A stretch of DNA of 32,083 bases from Octopus bimaculoides (GCF_001194135.2 NC_068984.1:36487729-36519811); one strand, 5' to 3'. Positions 1-11,030 are shown, numbered from the stretch's first letter. The notes: generated from the letters alone by a model not told the origin. Numbers and translations are program-made.

Positions 1-27
1 CTACACCTTCATCCTTGGAGCTTAACA

Positions 28-69
28 TTGTGTATGTGTGCGTGTGTGTGTGCGCGTGTGTGTGTGCGC

Positions 70-140
<71 letters not shown>
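28..140. repeat. Compound microsatellite (GT/GCGT)n-(GA)n-(GT)n
   Basis: Directly visible dinucleotide runs. Confidence 0.97.
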
Positions 141-356
141 ATCAACTCTGCCGTCGCTGTATGTCGTATGAAGGTTCGGCAATTTCTTGCCAACCAACCA
201 CACAGATGCTTTGATTATAGTGATCAAATATTTGTGTGCGCATATGCGTAATATAAAGTTCTTTGTACAAGAACACAATGCAACGCCCGGTCCGGGAATC
301 GAACCCACGATCACGCAATTGTGAGTGCATCACCTTAACCACTAAGCCATGCTTCA
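141..356 (-). mobile_element. tRNA-derived SINE copy
   Basis: Minus strand reads TGGCTTAGTGG (A box, 339-349) then GGTTCGATTCC (B box, 295-305) at tRNA-like spacing, followed by a non-tRNA body ending at a (CA)n tract. No closed acceptor stem or CCA. Confidence 0.85.
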
Positions 357-360
357 TCAA

Positions 361-396
361 ATATATATGTGTGTGCGTGTGTGTGTGTGTGTGTGT

Positions 397-429
<33 letters not shown>

Positions 430-460
430 TAGTGCGCGTGTGCGTGAGCGTGCTTGTCCG
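361..460. repeat. (TA)n/(GT)n microsatellite
   Basis: Visible dinucleotide runs. Confidence 0.95.
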
Positions 461-464
461 TGTG

Positions 465-678
465 TAATCTTTTCTACTCTATGCACAGAGCCCTTAGTTT
501 TGGTAGGGACCAGTCGATTTGATCGACCACAGTACGCAACTGGTACTCAAATCATCGACCCCAAAAGATGAAAGGCAAAGTCGACCTCGGCGGAATTTGA
601 ACTCACGACTAAAAGCAGACGAAATACCGCTAAGCATTTCACTCGGCGTGCTAGAGTTTCTGTCAGGTGTCCGCCTTA
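465..678 (-). mobile_element. tRNA-derived SINE, family A (near full length)
   Basis: Minus strand starts TAAGGCGG, has B box GAGTTCAAATTCC (592-604) and body CGCCGAGGTCGACTTTGCCTTTCATC..GGGGTCGAT..GTACCAGTT; the same body recurs at 19045-19200, 20865-21087 and 24150-24345 in this window. Confidence 0.92.
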
Positions 679-685
679 GTGGTTA

Positions 686-990
686 GTGGCTTAGTTGTTA
701 GGGCATTCGGCTCACGATCGTAAGGTCATGAGTTCAATTCCCGGCGACGCGTTGTGTCCTGGAGCAAGATACTTTATTTCGCTTTACTCCAGTCCACTCA
801 TCTGGCAAAGATGAGTAGTGCCTGTATTTCAAAGACCAACTTTTTCACATTTTCTGTCTAGCTGAATCTCACTGAGAGCTACGTTAATGGTAGACGTGGC
901 TGTGGAATGCTCAGCATCTTGCACGTTAATTTCACGAGCAAGCTGTTCCGTTGATCGTATCAGCTGTAACTATTGTCGTCGTAAAGGAAG
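686..990 (+). mobile_element. tRNA-derived SINE, family B
   Basis: A box TGGCTTAGTTG (687-697), B box GAGTTCAATTCC (730-741), then TTGTGTCCTGGAGCAAGATACTTTA, a motif typical of the post-tRNA core of many animal SINEs. 3' boundary approximate. Confidence 0.8.
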
Positions 991-1689
991 GAAAATGCAC
1001 ACAGTTTACATAGTTTTAATGTATTTGAAATTGAAATGAAAGAGTGTTATGGTTGTCGCCGGTTTCGCTTTCGCTAATTACATGACATAGAAATTATTGT
1101 AATGTCGAATATTCTTAAGAAGATTTTAGTCTATATTCTTGTATGAAAATTTGTGAATCAACAAGGGAGGTAGTTATTACTCGGGACAGGGGAGGTAATT
1201 GCTCATTTTTGTATTTGGATAAATAAAAATACTAACACTCTTAAATTAAAGTAATGAGATGCAATATGTACGGTGATGGATATGTGTTCATGAATTAAAA
1301 TATATGCTGACACCAAAGTTGGTTATGCTTTCATATTTTGGCGTGTTTTATATTTTTTGAGAAATATATATATTCTTCCCATTTAAACGTTCTTGTACAG
1401 ATATTGTTTCTTTGCATTGGTATATGAGGAAGTCTTTGAAACTGCTCGTTGAAGATCCCCTGCACATCTCTCTATGTGTTCAATCAAAATATCTCTGTAT
1501 ACCTTTGGAAACGAATCTATTCCGTATGTAGTGTGGCTCTCCGGCTAAGTGTCATAATTGTCATTCCTATATAGTCATGTGCACAACCTGAACAAGTTAT
1601 AAGATAAATTAGATTCTCGGATGTACAAGTGTAGTTGGTCTGAATTGTGAACATCTCTTCTCGTTTGAATTGGAATTCGGAGCCTTCCA

Positions 1690-1960
1690 GCGACGGCGGT
1701 GATCAGAGTGACAGCTTGAGAAGCATGGATACATTCACCGACAGCAGCAGCATTGGCAGCAAAAGCGCACCAAGCAGCAACGACCAATACCAACAGCTTT
1801 GTTGGCACTATCTTTGCGGCGATAAATAGCTGCTATGCGAGCAGCAACAGAACCATCAAAATCATGTCCAGACATATTAGCACCGGCAGCGACTCCGCCA
1901 GCAACAACAACTTCATCAGACCCGGTGTTAACAAAAGATACATCAGCGTTGGTAGTGCAT
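1690..1960. repeat. Degenerate trinucleotide (CAG/CAA/CAC/GAC-type) low-complexity tract
   Basis: 3-nt periodicity (agc agc agc att ggc agc ... agc aac aac aac); explains several overlapping short ORFs on both strands. Confidence 0.6.
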
Positions 1961-2543
1961 CCAATACACAGATTCGAAAATATGTCGGTTCTCCCCATCC
2001 GCCGTTTAAATAACGTTTGAACAAACACAAGTCTTCTTTTAGGATATCGAAAAGGTGCAACTTAACGTCCCACATATGACGCTTAAAAGAGGTAGGAACC
2101 TCATATATAATTAAATAGCAGCTCATTGCATTACCGGGTAATTGTATAAACGGGAGCAAATAATGTAAGCTTTCTTTGGCAGAGAGGACAAGAATAAATG
2201 ACTTTCTTGAACCGGGGACTTTTTTCAATTCCAGGAAAGAAGTATTCAGCCAATGCCCACATCTAATGCATTCATTTTCTACTACAAACCTGGAATTCCC
2301 CAAGCAGAAAGCTCTCTCTAAGTGAAATTAAATTGAAGCGACCAACTCAACATTGCCTTCATATTTCTTATCATGATTATAAAGGCAGTGTCGATCACAG
2401 AAGCCAGTAGCTTGTTTGTTAACATTACATTTCTTCAGTAATCTGCAAAGATGACTGAGTAAACTTCTGTCATGAAGATAAATGCCATATGTTGATTGAG
2501 TCATGGACAAATTATGGCCCACGAGATGTTTTGAATTCCACCT
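1833..2543 (-). pseudogene. Unidentified coding-like frame: about 237 codons with one internal stop (2328-2330); alternatively a terminal exon starting at 2317
   Basis: ORFs 2328-2522 and 1833-2303 are in the same frame and the frame stays open from 2543 to 1833 except for the TAA at 2328-2330. An acceptor-like ttaatttcacttAG lies 10 nt past that stop. No family recognised with confidence. Confidence 0.35.
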
Positions 2544-3061
2544 CTAAGGAAAATTTATCTTCGATTTTTTTTTTTTTAGTAGCGCTACCCTGGTAATGAT
2601 CCATGTATCTCCCGCTTCTCAAAAATGTTGCGCGCATACCTATGTTAATTAGTTCCATCAAGAGCACACAGCACAGGAAGCTTAGTGACTTCCACTGCCC
2701 TCAGTCGTATTTTGTCGTGACTGAGAAAGGCTTAATGAGTCGCAAAGGACAATCTGACTGTGCCTTCAAAATATCTCTCAGCAAAGTATTCCAAAGTGAG
2801 CCATGGTGGCCTTCATCTTATACGAGGGGAGCATTAAAAAAAGAATTTAAATAGTTTCTTGAGAATACATACACTAGGTAATCTCGTGTGGGATATATAT
2901 CCAAAACGTTTTAATATTACGAAGATCAGAATTATACATCACAAAGCAACGTGATGAAAGACATCTTAGTGGCTCAGTTGAGTCAACTTGTAGTATATAT
3001 GGGAGAGATTTTGTATGTGTCAGTGTGGGCGTGAGTATGTATGTGCGTAAAAAGTTATATA

Positions 3062-3142
3062 GATAGATACATTCATATATACGCATATACATACATACAT
3101 ACATGCATGCATACATACATACATACATACATACATACATAG
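3062..3142. repeat. (TACA)n microsatellite
   Basis: Visible tetranucleotide run. Confidence 0.95.
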
Positions 3143-4790
3143 ACAGTTCTGCTTCTTCGGTAACCTTTTGCTTTTAGTTATAGTTTAGCTGTATTAAGAT
3201 TATAATTTGAGAAGCTGTTAAGCCTCATTAATCACTTTACTATTCAAAGAGCAATGCACGCGCGCGCAACCACACACACATCTACATACACACACCCTTA
3301 TGTATGCATAAAATCCATATTGTCCTTTATTTGTCTGTTTCGTTCTTTGGCATCTCGTAATGGGAATATATTTCAATGCATTAAACGTGGCGTTTTGTTT
3401 CCACGAAGGAGATATAGACAGAACAAATTGTAGTGAAAAGACCAAAAAAATACCACCATTCTTTTTGAAGCAGACGTTACATCTTTCAAGCACCAGCAAA
3501 TTAATTCAAAGAGAAAATGAAAATCTCTAAAATAGCTGGAATTCACTGATTTTATGGTGTTTTTGAAAATAGTTTTAAATGTTTGCTGTGTTTTTTATGC
3601 ATATTTGTTTATAACAAAAGATCAAAAGGAAATTTTAATGGTCCTTCTTTTTTAACAAAAATTATTATTTGTTGTCTGATTAAAAAGAATGCAATTGCGC
3701 ATAACTTAACCTTCCGCTTTCGCAACATTTTTTTTTCTTCTGCTGTTGTAATCTTTTCTTAATGTTTCATCACCTTCTTGAAAAATTGTAATTTTCATTA
3801 TTTGTTTTATGCAGTAATTGTGAACTTTATGTGCCTGTTTTCAAGATGCAAATTGAAGCATATGTGTAGATATTATCGGCAAGTTTTATTCATATGCTTT
3901 GAGTATGACATAATATTTTTATCCCATTAATTATATAAACGCAAACCTCAATGACATACGAAATTCCATTACATCTTAAAGAATGTACGAGCTCTTATTC
4001 AAAGGCTATTGTTTCTTTTAAAGCATGCTTTTCGGAATATATATTCAGAAAACACATCTCAATATTGATCACCTGTCCAAGTTGTTTGTATCACTAGCAA
4101 CACCCTGAGAATGGGAATATCTGTATCTTCATAATTATCGTCAAAATACATCTACTTGTATCAATTATATGAGGAAATATTCCAACGGGATCAAGTATAG
4201 ATAAGCTATGTTTGGCCACTATATGATGAAATGATTTCATCATGACATTTGCGAAATAATTTGCTTTGTTTCTTCGATATTGTTTCTTTTTCATACCTAA
4301 ACAACTCAGAGAATATACTTAAGTTTATTTACAAATACTTACTTGTTGATTTTGATATTTCTAAAAGTATTTAACATGCTCGGAGATGACAATCTGCGTA
4401 TAATATTGTATAAGTGAAGGGAACCATCTCATCAGATCAACTAGTGTGTAAAACCTTCAATTTCAATTAATTTACGAAATAGGAGTTCAAGATTTTAAGA
4501 TCATATAAGAATAAAATGTCACTGCACATTTTTTAACTTCTTTACTTTCACATCTCAAACGTAAGATCTCTTCCTTGAAGACAGAGTCTCGTCTCATCCT
4601 ACAATTTAATCAATCTACAAACATTATTTTGGGACACCGAGCCCCCAGAAACAGCTGTTGGATTTATGGTACATTTCTTTAAACCCTTTCTTCTTCTATT
4701 TTATTTGTATTGTGTGTTAGTCGGACGTTTTTTGTATGTAAACATGCATACATTTCTTGTATACATTTCTAGTATTTCATATATTAGTAT

Positions 4791-5467
4791 NNNNNNNNNN
4801 NNNNNNNNNNNNNNNNNNNNNNNNNNNNNNNNNNNNNNNNNNNNNNNNNNNNNNNNNNNNNNNNNNNNNNNNNNNNNNNNNNNNNNNNNNNNNNNNNNNN
4901 NNNNNNNNNNNNNNNNNNNNNNNNNNNNNNNNNNNNNNNNNNNNNNNNNNNNNNNNNNNNNNNNNNNNNNNNNNNNNNNNNNNNNNNNNNNNNNNNNNNN
5001 NNNNNNNNNNNNNNNNNNNNNNNNNNNNNNNNNNNNNNNNNNNNNNNNNNNNNNNNNNNNNNNNNNNNNNNNNNNNNNNNNNNNNNNNNNNNNNNNNNNN
5101 NNNNNNNNNNNNNNNNNNNNNNNNNNNNNNNNNNNNNNNNNNNNNNNNNNNNNNNNNNNNNNNNNNNNNNNNNNNNNNNNNNNNNNNNNNNNNNNNNNNN
5201 NNNNNNNNNNNNNNNNNNNNNNNNNNNNNNNNNNNNNNNNNNNNNNNNNNNNNNNNNNNNNNNNNNNNNNNNNNNNNNNNNNNNNNNNNNNNNNNNNNNN
5301 NNNNNNNNNNNNNNNNNNNNNNNNNNNNNNNNNNNNNNNNNNNNNNNNNNNNNNNNNNNNNNNNNNNNNNNNNNNNNNNNNNNNNNNNNNNNNNNNNNNN
5401 NNNNNNNNNNNNNNNNNNNNNNNNNNNNNNNNNNNNNNNNNNNNNNNNNNNNNNNNNNNNNNNNNNN
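4791..5467. other. Assembly gap (N run)
   Basis: Run of N. Confidence 0.99.
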
Positions 5468-5469
5468 TA

Positions 5470-5517
<48 letters not shown>

Positions 5518-5671
5518 AAGTAAGATTATAAGTATATAAGTAAGATTCAGTTGAATTAGGTACTTTAGCTGAGGCACCTCATTAAGTCGGAATAATACAC
5601 ACTCACCAATATTATGTAAATATCAACTTTGGTACTAATGAATGCTAAGAAAATTGGTGCATTCCACAAAC

Positions 5672-5778
5672 CGTGACATCTAAGCTACATACCGGCTTTT
5701 CAAAATACATTTAGAATTTAGTTAGTGCGATCCCCCAATCGTGACATCTATCCCACATACCGATTAGTCAAAATACAG
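5672..5778 (+). repeat. Two imperfect direct repeats, period 68 bp
   Basis: CGTGACATCTAagctACATACCGgcttTTCAAAATACA (from 5672) versus CGTGACATCTAtcccACATACCGattaGTCAAAATACA (from 5740). Confidence 0.8.
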
Positions 5779-5899
5779 TTCGTAAGATTCGGCTTGCTGC
5801 AGCCCATCGAGGATACTTAAAGGAGAAATGTAACCACTTCAATGTTGGTTGTCAATTGCAGAACGTGATTGTCACTATATAAACCTAATAGTTGCGTAA

Positions 5900-6184
5900 C
5901 GCATGAAAGTACTGGATTGTTTCAGTATGGTAAAATTGTAAATAATAAAACGTGAAAATTAGACTATGTTGGAATTTCGTTAATATATTTTTCTATACAC
6001 TATCATACAAACTCAATATAACCTGGTTTTCATCTTTCCGAAGAAGAGCTATGCTCGAAACAAAACTACTGATCTTTCATTCTCTGGGCGTCTTCTTAAT
6101 ATATTCCTTATGCTAGGTCCACACGTTCATTTGTTTTTTCTATTGCTTTTTCTCTGTGATTTTTGAATTGACAATACATATATA
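5900..6184 (+). mobile_element. Probable Penelope-like element (PLE) terminal-repeat fragment with degenerate hammerhead motif
   Basis: CCGAAGA (6038-6044, variant of CUGANGA) - A - GAGC tat GCTC (6046-6056) - GAAAC (6057-6061) matches the minimal hammerhead layout known from PLE repeats; stems I and III are not intact. Boundaries approximate. Confidence 0.45.
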
Positions 6185-6186
6185 TA

Positions 6187-7442
6187 TTGGGTCATCCCAT
6201 AAATAATGCGGTTTTTTTTTATTGCATGAACAAAAAGTCGTAGGTGGACGGGATAAACTACCTGCATCAACTTGCTATAAAATCAGGAAGTAATTTTACC
6301 TTGTCTTTATTCTTCGTGAAAATACTGAAAGGTGCTGTTCGATTTTACCAGTTACTTTTTGAAAACTATAATAGAAATGACAAAGGAGCACATTCGGCAT
6401 ATTTTACTTTATGAGTTCAATAAAGGTAACAACGCAACACAAAGTATGAGGAATATTAATGCAGTAAATGGTGATAGGACAGTAACCGTAGAAATTCCGA
6501 GCTGGAAAATACAGTCTATAAGATGACCCTCTGTAGAGCTCAACGAGGACGTCCTATAAAGCCTGGTAGAACTAAATCCCATCATAAATTATGAGTAACT
6601 AGCAGGGAAGCATGGGCTTGGTCATTTAACCATTCATCGACACCTACGTGCCATCGGAAAAGTCAGCAAATTGGGTCGATGGGTTCCTCACAAACTTTCC
6701 GAGTCTAATCGCGCGCAGAGAGTGAATGTATGCTCTTCTTTGATCTCACATCTCACGAATAAACAGTTTTTTAACCGAATAGCGACTGGTGACGAGAAGC
6801 GTGTTCTCTATTAAAATTTCAAGGGTCGAAGACAGTGGGTAGGGAAAGTGGAAACCCCGGCACTCCAGGCTAAAGTAAGTTTTCACCCACGTAAGGTGGT
6901 TATCTGTTAGGTGGGATATAAAAGGCTTAGTCCACTGTTAACATTTAAACCCAAGCCAAACCATAACAGAGGAAATATACTGCGAGCAGGTTGAGCGGCT
7001 TAAGTCAGGGCTAGAAGGAAAAGAAAAACATCTAATTTTTCAAGATGGAAAGTGTTCTTCCATCAGGATAATGCTTGGTCACATACAGCAAGGATGACAT
7101 TCCAAAGGCTGGAGCAGTTTGAATGGTAAACGAGGCCTCCTCCACCATGTTCACCGGAAATTTCCCCATCTGATTATGATTTATTCCGCAGTTTTCAAAG
7201 TCATTTGGACGGAAAAGATATGAATTCTGCAGACTAGGTCAGAACAGTACTGGAGGAGTATTTTTCGGCATGGACAAGTGAATTTTGGAAGAGAATCCTC
7301 CTAAGTCTATCAGATAGATGGAAGAGCACTGTAGAAAATGAAGAATTGTATATTCTAAACTAAAAAATAACATTGACTTAATTTTGAAAAATAAAAGTAT
7401 AGAATAACTGCATAAAACTGCATTATTTATGGGATAAATGTA
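6187..7442 (+). mobile_element. Mariner (DD34D) DNA transposon, near full length (1256 bp), inactive
   Basis: Left TIR TTGGGTCATCCCATAAATAATGCGGTTTT; right end reverse-complements to ..TATCCCATAAATAATGCAGTTTT; TA on both flanks (6185-6186, 7443-7444); internal transposase remnant. Confidence 0.96.
6371..7363 (+). pseudogene. Mariner transposase pseudogene
   Basis: Motifs KEHIRHILLYEFNKG (HTH), GRWVPHKL, RIATGDEK, FHQDNA and CSPEISPSDY with 34 residues between the second and third Asp, C-terminal RWKSTVENEELYILN*. Several stops and frameshifts and a short deletion after TVTV. Confidence 0.95.
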
Positions 7443-7445
7443 TAG

Positions 7446-7478
<33 letters not shown>

Positions 7479-7495
7479 CAAACACACACACACAC

Positions 7496-8415
7496 NNNNN
7501 NNNNNNNNNNNNNNNNNNNNNNNNNNNNNNNNNNNNNNNNNNNNNNNNNNNNNNNNNNNNNNNNNNNNNNNNNNNNNNNNNNNNNNNNNNNNNNNNNNNN
7601 NNNNNNNNNNNNNNNNNNNNNNNNNNNNNNNNNNNNNNNNNNNNNNNNNNNNNNNNNNNNNNNNNNNNNNNNNNNNNNNNNNNNNNNNNNNNNNNNNNNN
7701 NNNNNNNNNNNNNNNNNNNNNNNNNNNNNNNNNNNNNNNNNNNNNNNNNNNNNNNNNNNNNNNNNNNNNNNNNNNNNNNNNNNNNNNNNNNNNNNNNNNN
7801 NNNNNNNNNNNNNNNNNNNNNNNNNNNNNNNNNNNNNNNNNNNNNNNNNNNNNNNNNNNNNNNNNNNNNNNNNNNNNNNNNNNNNNNNNNNNNNNNNNNN
7901 NNNNNNNNNNNNNNNNNNNNNNNNNNNNNNNNNNNNNNNNNNNNNNNNNNNNNNNNNNNNNNNNNNNNNNNNNNNNNNNNNNNNNNNNNNNNNNNNNNNN
8001 NNNNNNNNNNNNNNNNNNNNNNNNNNNNNNNNNNNNNNNNNNNNNNNNNNNNNNNNNNNNNNNNNNNNNNNNNNNNNNNNNNNNNNNNNNNNNNNNNNNN
8101 NNNNNNNNNNNNNNNNNNNNNNNNNNNNNNNNNNNNNNNNNNNNNNNNNNNNNNNNNNNNNNNNNNNNNNNNNNNNNNNNNNNNNNNNNNNNNNNNNNNN
8201 NNNNNNNNNNNNNNNNNNNNNNNNNNNNNNNNNNNNNNNNNNNNNNNNNNNNNNNNNNNNNNNNNNNNNNNNNNNNNNNNNNNNNNNNNNNNNNNNNNNN
8301 NNNNNNNNNNNNNNNNNNNNNNNNNNNNNNNNNNNNNNNNNNNNNNNNNNNNNNNNNNNNNNNNNNNNNNNNNNNNNNNNNNNNNNNNNNNNNNNNNNNN
8401 NNNNNNNNNNNNNNN
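7496..8415. other. Assembly gap (N run)
   Basis: Run of N flanked by a CA/TA microsatellite on the left. Confidence 0.99.
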
Positions 8416-8515
8416 TGAATGTGTAGGTATTGTTGCGTATAATTATCTGTATACATGTTTAAGATATGCATGTGTATACATCCTCATATATATATATATA
8501 TTCTTTTACTACTAA

Positions 8516-9300
8516 ACACTGACCTGTCCTCTAAGTAACCTAACCTATATTCCCAAATTCTACATTCCACCATTTTACTACCCCTACCCCCTCGCTCTGC
8601 CACTCACTTAGGCTCTATCACTACATTCCTGACACTCCTTTACTATTTACCCTCTCATCTTTTTAGACTCTCATATCTTTCTCTCTCTATCACCCTCATC
8701 CGCATTCCTACCGACACGCCTTTACTCTTTACACTCTTATCTCTTTATATACTCATATCTTTCTCTTTCAATCACCCTCACCTCCACATTCCTTCTATCA
8801 ATTTATCCTGACTGACCACTAACCAGCACACTTTCCTTCTCTTCATTTCTCTCTTATCTCTCTCCCCGCCTTTCTTTTGCTTTTTTTCCTTTCTTTTTTT
8901 CCCATCTCTTTCTGTTTTTGATGAGATCTTACAAACACATTCCCAATTTTTAAGTCACTTCAAAAAAAAACCTCGTTTCAATAACACCGTTTACAAACTC
9001 TATGCTTGGAATCACCAATCTTAAATACTATTGGAACTTAATCACAAGGTACAGGAATATTATATGTATACAATTCTGCCTAAATAATGGAACTGAAGAT
9101 ACAATATCCCTGCATATCTCACGTCTATTTTCATTCCTCCACTTCACTCTCTATTTCATATCTTACCTAAAATAACTATCGCTTAACCATTTTGTCACAC
9201 CGTCTCCGATGAGGAGATATATAAAATATCCCTGTAAGACCTTCTATTTATAAATGTTCTAAAATCTTTCACAGCCTTTTGATCTCAATCTGTTAATTTT
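8516..9300 (+). mobile_element. Pyrimidine-rich interspersed repeat, probably PLE-derived, ending near a broken hammerhead motif
   Basis: Strongly C/T-biased plus strand with an internal 82-bp-period repeat (8670-8709 / 8752-8793) and CCGATGA-GGAGATAT ataaa ATATCCC (9206-9232), i.e. hammerhead core plus stem II, lacking the GAAA element. Confidence 0.4.
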
Positions 9301-9443
9301 TTTTATATATACACATGCAGATATATGACCTATATTGGACTCCTCATTCGCATAATCACCGAACTTGGTGCTTAACTATAGTCTATCCATAGCACTTACT
9401 CAGCATTACCAGATACCATTACTTCTCATAACCGATATATATA

Positions 9444-10080
9444 NNNNNNNNNNNNNNNNNNNNNNNNNNNNNNNNNNNNNNNNNNNNNNNNNNNNNNNNN
9501 NNNNNNNNNNNNNNNNNNNNNNNNNNNNNNNNNNNNNNNNNNNNNNNNNNNNNNNNNNNNNNNNNNNNNNNNNNNNNNNNNNNNNNNNNNNNNNNNNNNN
9601 NNNNNNNNNNNNNNNNNNNNNNNNNNNNNNNNNNNNNNNNNNNNNNNNNNNNNNNNNNNNNNNNNNNNNNNNNNNNNNNNNNNNNNNNNNNNNNNNNNNN
9701 NNNNNNNNNNNNNNNNNNNNNNNNNNNNNNNNNNNNNNNNNNNNNNNNNNNNNNNNNNNNNNNNNNNNNNNNNNNNNNNNNNNNNNNNNNNNNNNNNNNN
9801 NNNNNNNNNNNNNNNNNNNNNNNNNNNNNNNNNNNNNNNNNNNNNNNNNNNNNNNNNNNNNNNNNNNNNNNNNNNNNNNNNNNNNNNNNNNNNNNNNNNN
9901 NNNNNNNNNNNNNNNNNNNNNNNNNNNNNNNNNNNNNNNNNNNNNNNNNNNNNNNNNNNNNNNNNNNNNNNNNNNNNNNNNNNNNNNNNNNNNNNNNNNN
10001 NNNNNNNNNNNNNNNNNNNNNNNNNNNNNNNNNNNNNNNNNNNNNNNNNNNNNNNNNNNNNNNNNNNNNNNNNNNNNNNN
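9444..10080. other. Assembly gap (N run)
   Basis: Run of N. Confidence 0.99.
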
Positions 10081-10302
10081 AAACTGCCAAAGGAGTAAGT
10101 GTAAACAGCTGAATACTTGTCAGTGATTGGTTGAAATTATCGAAATAAGACAATTTTTTACATGAAATAACTCCGAATACAAAATTTTTTTCCTGTTCTA
10201 TAACACAAAATACATAAGTATACGAAGTTTGAAAGTCTTTCGGTACCAAAAACACTACATAAAACATAAATGAAAACTGGTGCCCCCGTTTTGAACTAGA
10301 TC
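10081..10302. repeat. End of an interspersed repeat (class unassigned), truncated by the gap
   Basis: Ends ..ACTGGTGCCCCCGTTTTGAACTAGATCC directly into a (TA)n run; resembles from memory a high-copy octopus repeat. Not verifiable within this window. Confidence 0.35.
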
Positions 10303-10504
10303 CTATATATATATATATATATATGAATATGTGCATATACATATCAAAATATCTACACATACGTATGCATAAATATATTCATACATACCTGACTGTACTT
10401 ATTCATGAATATACACACAAAATATCAAAGAGTGACATTATGTAGCTAGCTACCGGTATCATAATTCCCATAATTTCGTTACGATATTGCTTTCGAAATG
10501 GTAG

Positions 10505-10542
10505 CTTACATACTTCTGGGCACTCATACACACACACAAACA

Positions 10543-10584
<42 letters not shown>

Positions 10585-10700
10585 TACTTATAATTGTGTA
10601 TTGTGTGTATGTGTGTTTACGTGCTTGTTTGCAGGCATGTGTGTGCACGCGCGTTTGGTGTGTGTAGGTGATTGTGTGTTTGTGAGTGTGGGTTACTGTA
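10505..10700. repeat. (CA)n and degenerate (GT)n microsatellites
   Basis: Visible runs. Confidence 0.9.
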
Positions 10701-10971
10701 TAAATAGCTGAATAGCAATATAAATGTGATGAAAGTAATTGGGCCTCAATGCGCCTCACCTTTCCATAAGGAAGAACCTGTTCCCACGGAGTCTCTCAAA
10801 TTTATGTAGATTCGAAATGACAAAGAAATCTTTTGCTCGTTGCTTTTTTACACATAGCGAGATAACATTTATACTGTATACTTTTGTATGGCTAGATAGA
10901 GGGATTTGGTCATGAACAGACAGATAAAATATAGTTGAATAAATAGATAGATAGAAATCTATATTATGTAT

Positions 10972-11030
10972 GTCAATAGTTGACGTGGACCTGGCGGGAA
11001 TTTGAACACAGAATGTTATAATACGCATTA
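10972..11030 (-). mobile_element. Short SINE family A head fragment
   Basis: GACCTGGCGGGAATTTGAACACAGAATGT matches GACCTCGGCGGAATTTGAACTCA of the other copies. Confidence 0.65.

Noticed and set aside
9-571. ORFs rich in HT/CV/SL dipeptides (also 10403-10759, 11399-12117, 18217-19183, 31148-32044)
   Set aside because: Translations of (CA)n, (GT)n, (GA)n and (TA)n microsatellites, which lack stops in some frames.
285-745. tRNA genes
   Set aside because: A and B boxes are present but there is no complete cloverleaf and each head continues into a repeat body, so these are SINEs.
1647-1829. Ser-rich plus-strand ORF (SEPSSDGGDQSDSLRS..) as a coding exon
   Set aside because: Lies in a degenerate trinucleotide tract where all frames give low-complexity peptides; no clean splice sites.
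2019-2380. Plus-strand LINE RT reading (VFF*DIEKVQLNVPH .. GIPQ)
   Set aside because: Motif spacing is about 83 codons rather than roughly 55, the frame has many stops and there is no YADD; kept only as an alternative to the minus-strand frame.
2819-2845. TACGAGGGG as a mariner TIR
   Set aside because: Only about 9 matching bases and no partner TIR found.
4223-4243. 21-bp palindrome ATGATGAAAT-G-ATTTCATCAT; also TGATTTTTTAAAAAATCA at 13440-13457
   Set aside because: AT-rich palindromes of this size can occur by chance in about 29 kb; no associated feature.
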